DNA from: Eutreptiella sp. 'Long Island Sound 2002' | Lineage: Eukaryota > Protista > Euglenida | NCBI GenBank assembly: GCA_964036045.1 | Contig: OZ038379.1 | Span: 10,974,001 to 11,038,000, forward strand | Length of the DNA: 64,000 nt | Direction of reading: 5' to 3' | Shown: positions 63,672 to 64,000 of the stretch, piece by piece | Numbering within the stretch: position 1 is the stretch's first letter | Layout: the number at the start of each line of letters is the position of its first letter | Position numbers and translations under genes: made by a program | Notes under the pieces: generated by a model | The model's database searches: none | What the model saw: only the letters and a program-made list of their open reading frames with translations | What the model was told of the DNA's origin: nothing

Positions 63672-64000
63672 GTAGCGCCTCTTCTTCTCCGTGGGTTGTG
63701 CACACGTGCTCATCCCCCCTGGAGGTGATGGATGACGGGCATGCCTGCCATCTGGAGTGTCTGTCCCCAACACCCAATCCGTGAGTACGTAACCAAGAGG
63801 ATGTTCCTGGTGCGGGGTGTGTGTCCATGCGCGCGCGCGCGTGCGTGTGTGCGTTTGTTTGCGCGTGCGCGCGCGCGCGTGTGTGCTCTCACCTTTCTCC
63901 CTTGTGACTGTCTTGCCTACAGGTACACCTGTAGGCCTGCGTGTGCGCGGTCGCCCCCCTGCTACTCATTCAGGCAGATTCACGACAGTTCTTGTTGTGT

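Noticed and set aside
56159-63828. Long overlapping or antisense ORFs across the surface-protein exons (e.g. 56325-56873 -, 56396-57202 +, 63024-63773 -)
   Set aside because: Shadow frames of GC-rich coding sequence, with no motifs.

Overview
Repeat-rich eukaryotic nuclear DNA with GT-AG introns and TTAGGG-type telomere motifs. There is no operon structure, rRNA or CRISPR array. A euglenozoan (probably euglenid) origin is inferred, not proven, from the gene set: intron-containing PFOR, a Mip-type FKBP, a minimal KYDG DNA ligase and a VIPER/TATE-like retroelement. Host genes: (1) a two-exon Mip/FkpA-type FKBP (5174-7813, +); (2) orphan PFOR exons, one of them duplicated (19225-21362, -); (3) exons of an apparent BRCT-BRCT-ATP-dependent DNA ligase gene (22691-28851, -); (4) a large secreted Ig-like repeat protein built from phase-0 exons (56073 to beyond 63671, +). 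Mobile DNA: a defective hAT transposase with PHD-like and TTF zinc fingers (134-2240); two 1.16-kb units inserted in tandem into an interstitial (TAGGGT)n tract (15860-18189); and a near-complete tyrosine-recombinase retrotransposon (36009-41057). The retrotransposon has gag-YR-RT-RNaseH order and split direct repeats A1...B1A2...B2. It sits in one arm of a 1.3-kb inverted repeat whose other arm preserves the empty target site. Gag and YR are in one frame, separated only by a single TGA-C codon. The rest is satellites, minisatellites and dispersed repeats; most short ORFs in the supplied track are spurious.
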